Virus record (IMG/VR): IMGVR_UViG_3300012942_000059
Span: 1-50,115 of that record
Strand: one strand, 5' to 3'
Source of the DNA: a virus
Lineage: Duplodnaviria; Caudoviricetes
Length of the DNA stretch: 50,115 nt
This document shows, piece after piece, positions 18,879 to 26,636 of this stretch; the first letter of the stretch is position 1; each line of letters opens with the position of its first letter. The notes under the pieces were generated by a model. The model made no database searches. It was not told the origin of the DNA and saw only the letters and a program-made list of their open reading frames with translations. The position numbers and the translations under genes are program-made.

Positions 18879-21073
18879 TGCCCCGTTTCGCTGGAACGCC
18901 AGTTGAAGCCGAAGCGGTCGGCCCGCGCTTTGCCGGCGTGCCGGTTGACGCCGCTGCGCCGGAACAGCCGTCGACCGCGATGGACGTTCTGAAGTCCGCC
19001 GGTTCGGGCGTCGTACGCGGCGCTGTCGAGACGGCTATGGCGCCGGTGACACTCGGCCGTCTCGTGCGCGCCGGCGACCGCTGGCTCTACGACAAGGGCG
19101 AGGGCCTTGTTCGCTCGATCTTCGGGCTTGGCCCCGTGACGCCCGAAATGCAGGCCGAGCGCGACGCTATCGAAGCGTCGATGCCATCAACCGGCCTTGG
19201 CCGTGCCGCCGCTGGCGGCCAAGACGCTGTGCGCCGCGTCATGGATGAGAACTTGCACGCGCCGGAAACGCGCGCCGGGCGCTTCGCCGAGACGATCGGC
19301 GAGTTCGCCGCGCCAGGCGGTATTCCGTCCAAGGCTACCCGCGCCGCGCCGACGCTGGCGCGCAAGGCTGCCGAGTACGCTGCCGATCTCGGCTACAATG
19401 CGGCCATCCCCGGCGCGTTGTCGGAAGCCGCCGGTGAAGCGACCGAAGGCACGGCAGCGGAGCCTTACGCCCGCCTTCTAGCCGCGATCGTTGGCAATGG
19501 CGCTACGGTCGCCGGCCGGGCCTATTATGCGCCCGACATGCAAATCCGACGCGCTACGGAAGGCATGACCGACGCGCAGTGGCAACGGGCGAAGGAACTG
19601 CAGGACAACAGCACCGGTGTGCGGCTGAGTGGCCCCGAAGCGGTCGCGCAGGCCACGGAAGGCGCAAGCGCCTTGCCCGACGTACTGCGCGTCGTCGAAG
19701 GTTCCGTCACTGGTCGGCAGAAGACGGCCCCGTTCTTCGCGCAGCGCCCCGGCCAGGTCGACACGGCTGTCGGCGGCTTGCTCGACAAGGTAGCGCCGCA
19801 GAACGCGCAGCCATCTACGCTCGGCCCGCGCTCCGCTGACGCGGCGACCAACGTCATTCTCGACGCCGAGAAGGCGCGCACGGCCGCCGTCACGCCGCAT
19901 TACACCGCAGCCGGCGCGGATAAGGTTCCTGAAGACACGGTGGCCGATCTGCTGGCGTCGATCGACAACACCGCAGCGGCGGATAAAACGGGCATTCTCT
20001 CTGGCCCGCTCGCCGAATTGAAGAATCGGCTTTTGGCGTCGAAAGCGCAGCCGGCGGTTCCCGCGCAGCGAATCGCGCAAGAACGGCCGAACGGAACGAT
20101 CTACAAGACTGTTCCAGGCGTGCCCGCCGTGCCGGAAAAGCCGATCGTCGATATTGAGAATCTGGACCGTGCGCGGAAGTATTTCCGCGACAAGATGGAC
20201 CTGCCGCAGATCGGCCAGGAAGCGATCACGAAAGAGCAGAACGCGGCCGTCACGGGTATTCTGACGAAGCTCGACGCGGCTATGGAGGCGGCGAGCCCTG
20301 AATTCCTCGCCGGCAAGAAAGAGTTCGCGGACATTTCACGGAATCAGGTCGACCCGCTGACGCAAGGGCCGGTTGGCCGCGTTGCGGCGGCTGGAACGAC
20401 CGAAGGCGCCGGCAATGCGATCCTGCCGCAGAACCCGCTTACCGGCTCGGCTGGCGAGACCGCCGATGCCGTCACGCGCCTCGTCGCCAAAGACCCGGAA
20501 GCCGTCACGGGGCTTATTCGGCAGCGATTGGCCGATATCTACGCGAAGGCGTCGACCGCAACGCGCGAGAACAGTCGCGAGTTCGGCGGCGCGAACTTCA
20601 ACAAAGCCGTCGCCGGCAACCCGACGCGGCGCGAAGTGCTCGACGCGGTGCTCGGCGCACTCCCGAACGGCCAAGCCGCCGCGGTCGCTCCGGAACTGCT
20701 CGACGTACTCGCGGCAACAGGCCGACGCTCCGGCGTCGGTAGCCGAACAGCTTTCAACACGGCTATCAACGCAGAACTCGGCACCGCATCGCCGGTCGGT
20801 CGTGCCGTCGATATCGCTCGCACGCTTGGCGGCAGTTTCTTGACGCAAGCAGGGGACGCGGCCCGGCGGGCAACATTGCGCGGCAGTCTCGGCGAATTGG
20901 CTGATTTGTTCACGGATCCGCAGTCGGTCGATCTGTTGCGGCAGTCTGTGCTGCGCGGCGCTCCGACGGTGTGGCCGGAAGCAGTAAGCCGGACGGCGCT
21001 ACAATCCGGGGCTATAGCGAACGGCGGAGCACCGCTGGAACTGACCGTGACGCCGAAGGACAAGCGTCAATGA
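18878..21073 (+). CDS. Large internal virion / DNA-transfer protein
   Basis: About 730 aa, Ala-rich and helical, last of the ejection cluster. Confidence 0.6.
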   Translation: MPRFAGTPVEAEAVGPRFAGVPVDAAAPEQPSTAMDVLKSAGSGVVRGAVETAMAPVTLGRLVRAGDRWLYDKGEGLVRSIFGLGPVTPEMQAERDAIEASMPSTGLGRAAAGGQDAVRRVMDENLHAPETRAGRFAETIGEFAAPGGIPSKATRAAPTLARKAAEYAADLGYNAAIPGALSEAAGEATEGTAAEPYARLLAAIVGNGATVAGRAYYAPDMQIRRATEGMTDAQWQRAKELQDNSTGVRLSGPEAVAQATEGASALPDVLRVVEGSVTGRQKTAPFFAQRPGQVDTAVGGLLDKVAPQNAQPSTLGPRSADAATNVILDAEKARTAAVTPHYTAAGADKVPEDTVADLLASIDNTAAADKTGILSGPLAELKNRLLASKAQPAVPAQRIAQERPNGTIYKTVPGVPAVPEKPIVDIENLDRARKYFRDKMDLPQIGQEAITKEQNAAVTGILTKLDAAMEAASPEFLAGKKEFADISRNQVDPLTQGPVGRVAAAGTTEGAGNAILPQNPLTGSAGETADAVTRLVAKDPEAVTGLIRQRLADIYAKASTATRENSREFGGANFNKAVAGNPTRREVLDAVLGALPNGQAAAVAPELLDVLAATGRRSGVGSRTAFNTAINAELGTASPVGRAVDIARTLGGSFLTQAGDAARRATLRGSLGELADLFTDPQSVDLLRQSVLRGAPTVWPEAVSRTALQSGAIANGGAPLELTVTPKDKRQ

Positions 21074-21237
21074 GCGGCGCGGTACTCTTCCATGAACCGC
21101 TGCGCGGCGGACTTTTTCTCCGCCGGAGTGAGGGTGCGCGTCACGCCGCGACCGATGGCGCGCGGCAGCGCGAGAATCGCCACGATCGCGAACCACGCCA
21201 CGAATGCCCCGACAATGATCGTAAGGAACGCCGCCAT
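21067..21237 (-). CDS. Small membrane protein (possible superinfection exclusion)
   Basis: RBS GAAGGAG; MAAFLTIIVGAFVAWFAIVAILALPRAIG; antisense between virion genes. Confidence 0.6.
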   Translation of the reverse strand: MAAFLTIIVGAFVAWFAIVAILALPRAIGRGVTRTLTPAEKKSAAQRFMEEYRAAH

Positions 21238-21280
21238 ACCCGTTTCTCCTTCGCGCTTAATGTAGGATCGGAAGGACAAA

Positions 21281-21910
21281 ATGTCCACTCCGTTTGACTT
21301 CTCGAAATTCGCCGTCGGCGGCGCGACCCGGCCGGATACCTTCACGGGTATGCAGCCGGAGTTTTCGGCCGCGCTGACGCGGCTGTTCGAAAACGCCCCG
21401 CCGGAAATCCGGGCCAGTCTTCGCGTCTCGTCGGGATTCCGCTCGCCGGAGCGCCAGGGCGAACTCTACGATGCCGCGTTGCGGAAATACGGCTCGCCGG
21501 AAGCCGCGCGCAAATGGGTTGCGCCTCCGGGACGGTCGCAGCACAACCACGGCGACGCGGCCGATCTGAAGTTCCTCGATCCGGCGGCGCTCGCATGGGC
21601 GCACGAAAACGCCGGAAAGTTCGGCCTTGCCTTCCCGCTCTCGAATGAGAACTGGCACGTCGAATTGGCGGGCGCTCGGGGCGGCCACCCCGCCGCGCCG
21701 GCGGCAGCGGCAGCGGCAGCGGCAGCGGCAGGCGCACCCGCGACGCCGCGATCCTTCGGCGATCTCGTCGCGCCCGCGCCGGCCGCCGCGGCGTTGCCGT
21801 TCGCCGATATTCTCGCCAGTTACGCGGCCCGAAAGCAGCAAGAGGCCGAAGCCGCGCAAGCCGACCAGCAGCGTCGCGAAGCGCTCTTCGGCGGAAGCCT
21901 TTTAGGCTGA
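21281..21910 (+). CDS. M15 (VanY-like) peptidoglycan peptidase
   Basis: SGFRSPERQ, PPGRSQH-x6-D and ENWHVE zinc-peptidase motifs. Confidence 0.85.
   Translation: MSTPFDFSKFAVGGATRPDTFTGMQPEFSAALTRLFENAPPEIRASLRVSSGFRSPERQGELYDAALRKYGSPEAARKWVAPPGRSQHNHGDAADLKFLDPAALAWAHENAGKFGLAFPLSNENWHVELAGARGGHPAAPAAAAAAAAAAGAPATPRSFGDLVAPAPAAAALPFADILASYAARKQQEAEAAQADQQRREALFGGSLLG
21701..21730 (+). repeat. (GCGGCA)5 tandem repeat encoding poly-Ala
   Basis: Five perfect hexamers in frame within the M15 peptidase linker. Confidence 0.9.
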
Positions 21911-21911
21911 T

Positions 21912-21932
21912 GACTACCAAACGACTACCAAA
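21912..21932. promoter_or_regulatory. Putative integrase arm-type sites
   Basis: gactaccaaa repeated directly left of the att core; gctacca x2 at about 22177-22195 on the right side. Confidence 0.45.
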
Positions 21933-22003
21933 ACGCTGTTTGTCGCGCCTGTGTTCGGCGGTGTTCGTTTGTCGTGAATCCAGCATTCGCAAGGCTTTGC
22001 GGA

Positions 22004-22049
22004 TGGTGGGCGTGACAGGGATTGAACCTGTGACCCCTACGATGTCAAC
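22004..22049 (-). mobile_element. attP: attP core = 3' half of tRNA-Val(GAC)
   Basis: Minus strand reads GTTGACATCGTAGGGGTCACAGGTTCAATCCCTGTCACGCCCACCA (anticodon loop GAC, T-arm, CCA); about 150 bp downstream of the integrase. Confidence 0.9.
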
Positions 22050-22195
22050 ACTGTTGTCGTTCATTTTGTCGTGTGTCGCGCGACATGACTTTGCCGGGTT
22101 TCCGCACACCTGATCGGTGCGCATCGGCTCATATTGTCCGCTGTCGGGCGACATTCCGCACAGTTTTTCGGTAGCGGCTACCACGTTCGCTACCA

Positions 22196-23317
22196 TCATT
22201 CTGCCGCCTCCAAAACGCCGTCGGAGATGCGGTCGACGGCTTCCCGTAAATCTTCGGGTTGGTATTTCGCATACACCTTTTCGACCATCGCGATCGTGTT
22301 ACCAAGAATCTTCGCGATCTTGAACAGAGACACGCCGCGTCGCGCCATGTGCGTCGCCGCCGTGTGCCGCAGGGTGTGTGGCGAGATGCCCGTCGCGTGC
22401 GGTTTCTGGCCGCGTTCGATCTTCTGTTTCGGCGCAAGCCCCGCCTCGATCACGGCCAACTGAATCGGCGCCCACACCGCGCCCTTGTTGTCGAGCACCA
22501 GGCAATCTTTCTTCTTGTCGAGACGTTCTTCGTACGCCCGTTTCAGCACCGGGAGAAGCGCCGCCGAGATCGGAACGTTGGCGCGACGCTTCTTTGTCTT
22601 CCGTCGGCCCGGTACGTCGAGCTCGATCATGCCCGTCTCGAAATCGACGCGGCTCCATGTCAGATCGAGCAACGCTTCCTTGCGCCCGGCCGTCTCGAGT
22701 GCCAGCCACAGAAACCGCTCCGCACGCGACAGGCGCGGCCCGCGCCGGAGCTTGGCCGCCGCGTCTAGCAGTCGTTGAATCTCGTCGTGCCGCAACCAAC
22801 GGTCGCGCGGATCGCCCGGCGCCGGCAAATCGTAGCGCTGGACGAACATCGGGTCGATCAGCTTGCGACGCGGGTCGGCGCAGAACTTGACGGCGGCCAG
22901 GAGGTAGGAAAGTTCCTTCGCGACAGTTTGCGGCTTGACCTTGCGTCCGAGTTTGCCGGTTGTCCGTTTCTCGACATACTCGTCAACCGCCATTTGCGAC
23001 AACTGCGGAACCAGCAACGCGCCGAAATGCGGCGTCAACTGTTTCCACGCCAAATCGGCGTTGTATGTGCCAGCGACCTTCTTCTGCACATGCAGCCGGT
23101 CGTAGGCCACCCACACGTCGGCCAGGGTGAGATCGGAGCCGAGCGGGCCGTCCTTCGGCCCCTGCCCTTCCGTCAAGAGCCAGTGCGCGAGGAAAAGGCG
23201 CGCTTCAGCCTCTTCTTTAACACTCGTTGATACGCGCTTTCCGATGCGGTTTTCGGTCCAGTGGACATACCAGATGCCGTTCGGGGCGCGTTTGAGGTAC
23301 GGGATTGATTTCGACAT
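22196..23317 (-). CDS. int: Tyrosine integrase
   Basis: ETAGRKEALL (R), KTKK, PHTLRHTAAT (HxxR), LGN, VYAKY catalytic Tyr region. Confidence 0.95.
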   Translation of the reverse strand: MSKSIPYLKRAPNGIWYVHWTENRIGKRVSTSVKEEAEARLFLAHWLLTEGQGPKDGPLGSDLTLADVWVAYDRLHVQKKVAGTYNADLAWKQLTPHFGALLVPQLSQMAVDEYVEKRTTGKLGRKVKPQTVAKELSYLLAAVKFCADPRRKLIDPMFVQRYDLPAPGDPRDRWLRHDEIQRLLDAAAKLRRGPRLSRAERFLWLALETAGRKEALLDLTWSRVDFETGMIELDVPGRRKTKKRRANVPISAALLPVLKRAYEERLDKKKDCLVLDNKGAVWAPIQLAVIEAGLAPKQKIERGQKPHATGISPHTLRHTAATHMARRGVSLFKIAKILGNTIAMVEKVYAKYQPEDLREAVDRISDGVLEAAE

Positions 23318-23472
23318 TTGGCCCTCTCTTGGTAGGATTCGAGATCCTGCTCGTCGATAAGAGGCGGCCGGCCGGGGATGTAGACCAGCCGTCCGGAAAG
23401 CCGCAGGCGCTTGACCTTTCCTCGCGAGCAGCGAAGTCGTTCGGCGACTTCAGCTTCCGTTAGTAAGGTCAT
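23173..23472 (-). CDS. xis: Excisionase-like HTH protein
   Basis: LLTEAEVAERLRCSRGKVKRL winged-HTH pattern; immediately upstream of and overlapping int. Confidence 0.75.
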   Translation of the reverse strand: MTLLTEAEVAERLRCSRGKVKRLRLSGRLVYIPGRPPLIDEQDLESYQERAKCRNQSRTSNAPRTASGMSTGPKTASESAYQRVLKKRLKRAFSSRTGS

Positions 23473-23884
23473 CGGCCAGAAGCTGCATGATCTTCGTGCC
23501 GGTCTCGATCGAGACGGCGCGGTCGATCCTGATCCAGCCGCGGCGCGGATCGGCAGAGCTGACGCGGAAATCGAACGCGGGCGCGTCTTCCTCGATCGCC
23601 GACGCGACGTGGTTCGGCATCAACTGGTCGGCGGGCATGCCGAGAGCTTTTGCAAGCGACTCGACACTGGCCGGAGTCGGGAAATTGAGGCCACGGACGT
23701 AGCTCGACACGAGGCTTCGGCCAAGGCCGGCGGCGCGGGCGAGTTCGCTCTGCCGCATGCCTTTCGACATCATCAGTTTGTACAGGCGCCGACCGAATTC
23801 TTCCCGCGTCAGGCGCTTCAGCGACGTAACGTCGCTTTTGTCGGCGCCATCGCCGAAAATATGCGTACGATCCTTACGAGACAT
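23450..23884 (-). CDS. Immunity repressor, XRE-family HTH
   Basis: GMRQSELARAAGLGRSLVSSYVRG..P....LAKALG; RBS GGAAGGGA; divergent from the cro-like gene. Confidence 0.85.
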   Translation of the reverse strand: MSRKDRTHIFGDGADKSDVTSLKRLTREEFGRRLYKLMMSKGMRQSELARAAGLGRSLVSSYVRGLNFPTPASVESLAKALGMPADQLMPNHVASAIEEDAPAFDFRVSSADPRRGWIRIDRAVSIETGTKIMQLLADDLTNGS

Positions 23885-23965
23885 TAAATTTGGTCCCTTC
23901 CTGTTAGCACATTCGTTGCTGCACTGAGTTAACCTACCGCATGGAATTGCGGAATTTGTATGTCG

Positions 23966-23994
23966 TTTATAATGCCGCACCGCACAAACGTCAA
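23966..23994 (-). promoter_or_regulatory. Leftward sigma70-type promoter (repressor/xis/int)
   Basis: TTGACG-17bp-TATAAA on the minus strand. Confidence 0.7.
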
Positions 23995-24016
23995 GACATT
24001 TTGTCTGACAAAACGC

Positions 24017-24045
24017 TTGACGCCCGACAAACTGTCCGGCATAGT
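24017..24045 (+). promoter_or_regulatory. Rightward sigma70-type promoter (lytic operon)
   Basis: TTGACG-17bp-CATAGT. Confidence 0.65.
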
Positions 24046-24089
24046 TAACTTACACACGACAAACACCGAACAATTTCAGCGGCGGCGGC

Positions 24090-24311
24090 ATGTTTGATGC
24101 AAGGAAGTTTTTGGAGGTCGAGTTTTCCAATGCCCCTAATGTACGAGTGCTGCTTACCTCTTACGGCGTAAAGGCTCCTAGCCTCGCAGCCGTTGAGAAA
24201 TGGTTTCAGCGCGGACGCATATCGGGCGAGTATCTTCCTCTTCTGCTGTGTGTACTCGAAATCGAAAAGGGCGAGCCGATTCGGTTGGCCCGCTACATGC
24301 AAGGAGCGTGA
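24090..24311 (+). CDS. Cro-like small DNA-binding protein
   Basis: 73 aa, AAVEKWFQRGRI HTH-like segment, first gene of the rightward operon. Confidence 0.6.
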   Translation: MFDARKFLEVEFSNAPNVRVLLTSYGVKAPSLAAVEKWFQRGRISGEYLPLLLCVLEIEKGEPIRLARYMQGA

Positions 24312-24314
24312 AGA

Positions 24315-24521
24315 ATGACGAATTTGCTTGCGGTAGAAAGCAAGGCTTTGTGGGAATTGTCGAACGAGATCAACTCGTGCCGACGCGGCGGCCATGGTAA
24401 TCTTGAAGAGGCGACCGAAGAAGTCGAGTGCATCCTGCAGCACACGGAACACGACATCATTCGCCAGCGGTGCCTGGCGCTCGTTGGCCCCGATAGCGTG
24501 TCCGCTGGCCTCGCTTATTAG
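24315..24521 (+). CDS. Hypothetical protein
   Basis: RBS AAGGAG; operon continuity. Confidence 0.55.
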   Translation: MTNLLAVESKALWELSNEINSCRRGGHGNLEEATEEVECILQHTEHDIIRQRCLALVGPDSVSAGLAY

Positions 24522-24545
24522 GCGGGCTTGTCCGGAGTGTCCGTA

Positions 24546-24983
24546 ATGGAGTCCGACATCGTGCGAATCGAGCTCGCCGGGGCGCCAATGGGCAAGGAGC
24601 GCGTGCGCGTGACGCGCACCGGCCACGCCTACACGCCGGAACGCACGGTCAATTACGAATCGCGCCTGGCGCTGGCGGCGCAGATGGTCATGAACGGCCG
24701 CCCGTTGCTGGAAGGACCGTTGGCCGTGGTCGTGGAAGCGTACATGCCGATCGCCGCCAGCAAGCCGAAGAAATGGCAGGCCGCGGCGCTGTCGGGCCAG
24801 ATACGGCCGACGAAGAAGCCCGATTGGGATAATTTCGGAAAAATTCTTGACGCGCTTAACCTCGTCGTGTGGGCCGACGACGCGCAGATCGCCGACGGCC
24901 GGGTTTTGAAGTGGTACAGCGCGCGGCCGCGCATGGTCGTGCATGTGCGGAAGATCAACCAGGAAGAAGGAGTGTTTCAGTGA
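24546..24983 (+). CDS. rusA: RusA-family Holliday junction resolvase
   Basis: KKPDWDNFGKILDALN..WADDAQI motif; ends EGVFQ. Confidence 0.9.
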   Translation: MESDIVRIELAGAPMGKERVRVTRTGHAYTPERTVNYESRLALAAQMVMNGRPLLEGPLAVVVEAYMPIAASKPKKWQAAALSGQIRPTKKPDWDNFGKILDALNLVVWADDAQIADGRVLKWYSARPRMVVHVRKINQEEGVFQ

Positions 24984-25456
24984 CGACCAAAGCGAAGAAC
25001 GCGCGACGCGAAGTCAAAGATGCCATCGAATCGGTCGGCTTGGACCCGCATGCATATATGAACCCGGAATGGCCGATCGACGCTCCGCAACAGGAATCGC
25101 ATCTCGCCGACGCACTCGACAGGGAACTGGCCGCCGAGACGTTCGGTGCGCTCGATTCGTACGGAATAAAGCACGACACCGGCAAACTGCCCCTACATCT
25201 CCTGCCGGTCGATGCGATCGAGGCCATCACGGAAATCCTTGACTTCGGCGCTCGGAAGTATGCGCCGCGCAATTGGGAAAAGGGCATGGACTGGAGCCGC
25301 GTCTATCGGGCGACGATCGGCCATCTCTTCAAATGGTGGGCCGGCAAGGGACCGGACGAAGAAACTGGCAAGTCGCATCTGTGGCATGCCGGATGCTGCA
25401 TCCTGTTTCTCATCAGCTACGAACTTCGTGGCGTCGGTCAGGACGACCGGCCATGA
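24980..25456 (+). CDS. DUF5664 / dATP-dGTP diphosphohydrolase-domain protein
   Basis: GIKHDTGK..LLP, FGARKYAPRNWEKG, DEETGKSHLWHA motifs. Confidence 0.8.
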   Translation: MTTKAKNARREVKDAIESVGLDPHAYMNPEWPIDAPQQESHLADALDRELAAETFGALDSYGIKHDTGKLPLHLLPVDAIEAITEILDFGARKYAPRNWEKGMDWSRVYRATIGHLFKWWAGKGPDEETGKSHLWHAGCCILFLISYELRGVGQDDRP

Positions 25457-25812
25457 AAATTTACGTCGCTGGCCCGATGCGGGGCATTCCGGAGTTTAAT
25501 TTTCCGGCCTTCAACGCCGCCGCGGCCGCACTGCGCGCCGTCGGTCACGTCGTCTTCAACCCGGCCGAACGCGACATCGAACGGCACAACGGCGTCGACG
25601 TGTCGAAGGGCAACGCTACGGGCGACGAAGAGATCGCCGCCAAGGAACACGGTTTCTCGCTTCGTGACGCACTCGCGGACGATACGCGGTGGATATGCAA
25701 GGAGGCCGACGCCATCGCCTTGTTGCCGGGATGGGGCGCATCGAAGGGTGCGAAGGCGGAATTGGCGTTAGCTGAAGCGCTCGGATTGGAAATCATCCTA
25801 CTTCCCGCTTGA
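25453..25812 (+). CDS. DUF4406 (nucleoside deoxyribosyltransferase-like) protein
   Basis: KIYVAGPMRGIPEFNFPAF..NPAE; LPGWGASKGAKAE. Confidence 0.85.
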   Translation: MKIYVAGPMRGIPEFNFPAFNAAAAALRAVGHVVFNPAERDIERHNGVDVSKGNATGDEEIAAKEHGFSLRDALADDTRWICKEADAIALLPGWGASKGAKAELALAEALGLEIILLPA

Positions 25813-25837
25813 CCCTTTTGTATGTCGTGTCCATAAT
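25809..25837 (+). promoter_or_regulatory. Internal sigma70-type promoter upstream of the MTase
   Basis: TTGACC-17bp-CATAAT, with TTTGTATGTCG in the spacer. Confidence 0.6.
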
Positions 25838-25886
25838 GACGCCCGACATTCCGAACATGCGAAACTGATTGGCCGGAGAGCCGCCC

Positions 25887-26636
25887 GTGACGACCACCTA
25901 CCAGCTTATGCAGGGCGACTGCCTTGATTTGATGCGTTTTATTCCGGACGCATCGATCGATCTCATATTGGCCGATTTGCCCTACGGCACGACGCGGAAT
26001 AAGTGGGATTCCGTCATCCCGCTCGACGCGCTTTGGAAACAATATTGGCGCGTCGTTAAGGTAAACGGCGCGGTAGTTCTTACGGCGCAGACGCCCTTCG
26101 ACAAGGCGCTCGGCGCGTCGTGCTTGCAGCATCTCAAATATGAATGGCTTTGGGAGAAGCCGCGTGCAACCGGCCATTTAAACGTTAAAAAACAGCCGAT
26201 GAAGGCGCATGAAAACGTGCTCGTTTTCTACCGCTCGCAATGTCTCTACAACCCGCAAATGACTCCCGGCGAGAAGTACGCTGTCGGCGGCGGTGCGTCA
26301 AAAATGGACAACTATGGCCGTTTTTCAACGGCCCGCGAAAACGACGGGGCTCTCCGCTACCCGCGTAGCATCCAGAAGTTTGCGACCGAAACCGGATTTC
26401 ATCCGACCCAAAAACCCGTCGCCCTGATGGAGTACATGATCCGGACCTACACGGACGCCGGCATGACGGTGCTCGATAATGCGATGGGCTCCGGCACTAC
26501 CGGCGTTGCCGCCGGGAACACGGGCCGGAGTTTCATCGGCATCGAAAAATACCCCGACATTTTCAAAATAGCCGAAGGCCGAATCAAACCGGCCTTTTCG
26601 TCCGGAATGACGCGCGACATAGGCGTATTCGCATGA
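25887..26636 (+). CDS. DNA amino-methyltransferase (N6_N4 family, beta class, DLPY)
   Basis: ADLPYG motif IV, HPTQKPVAL, VLDNAMGSGTTG motif I; ends IGVFA. Confidence 0.9.
   Translation: MTTTYQLMQGDCLDLMRFIPDASIDLILADLPYGTTRNKWDSVIPLDALWKQYWRVVKVNGAVVLTAQTPFDKALGASCLQHLKYEWLWEKPRATGHLNVKKQPMKAHENVLVFYRSQCLYNPQMTPGEKYAVGGGASKMDNYGRFSTARENDGALRYPRSIQKFATETGFHPTQKPVALMEYMIRTYTDAGMTVLDNAMGSGTTGVAAGNTGRSFIGIEKYPDIFKIAEGRIKPAFSSGMTRDIGVFA

Noticed and set aside
21953-21966. Alphaproteobacterial LexA box (GTTC-N7-GTTC)
   Set aside because: Spacing is 6 nt and the site is not at a promoter.
22004-22049. Functional tRNA-Val gene
   Set aside because: Only the anticodon loop to CCA is present; the 5' acceptor strand and D-arm are missing, so it is the att core.
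23929-24050. CtrA binding sites in the switch region
   Set aside because: Only isolated TTAAC half-sites; no TTAA-N7-TTAA match seen.
24980-25456. Z-genome (2-aminoadenine) system
   Set aside because: No PurZ-like adenylosuccinate synthetase is recognisable in any ORF.
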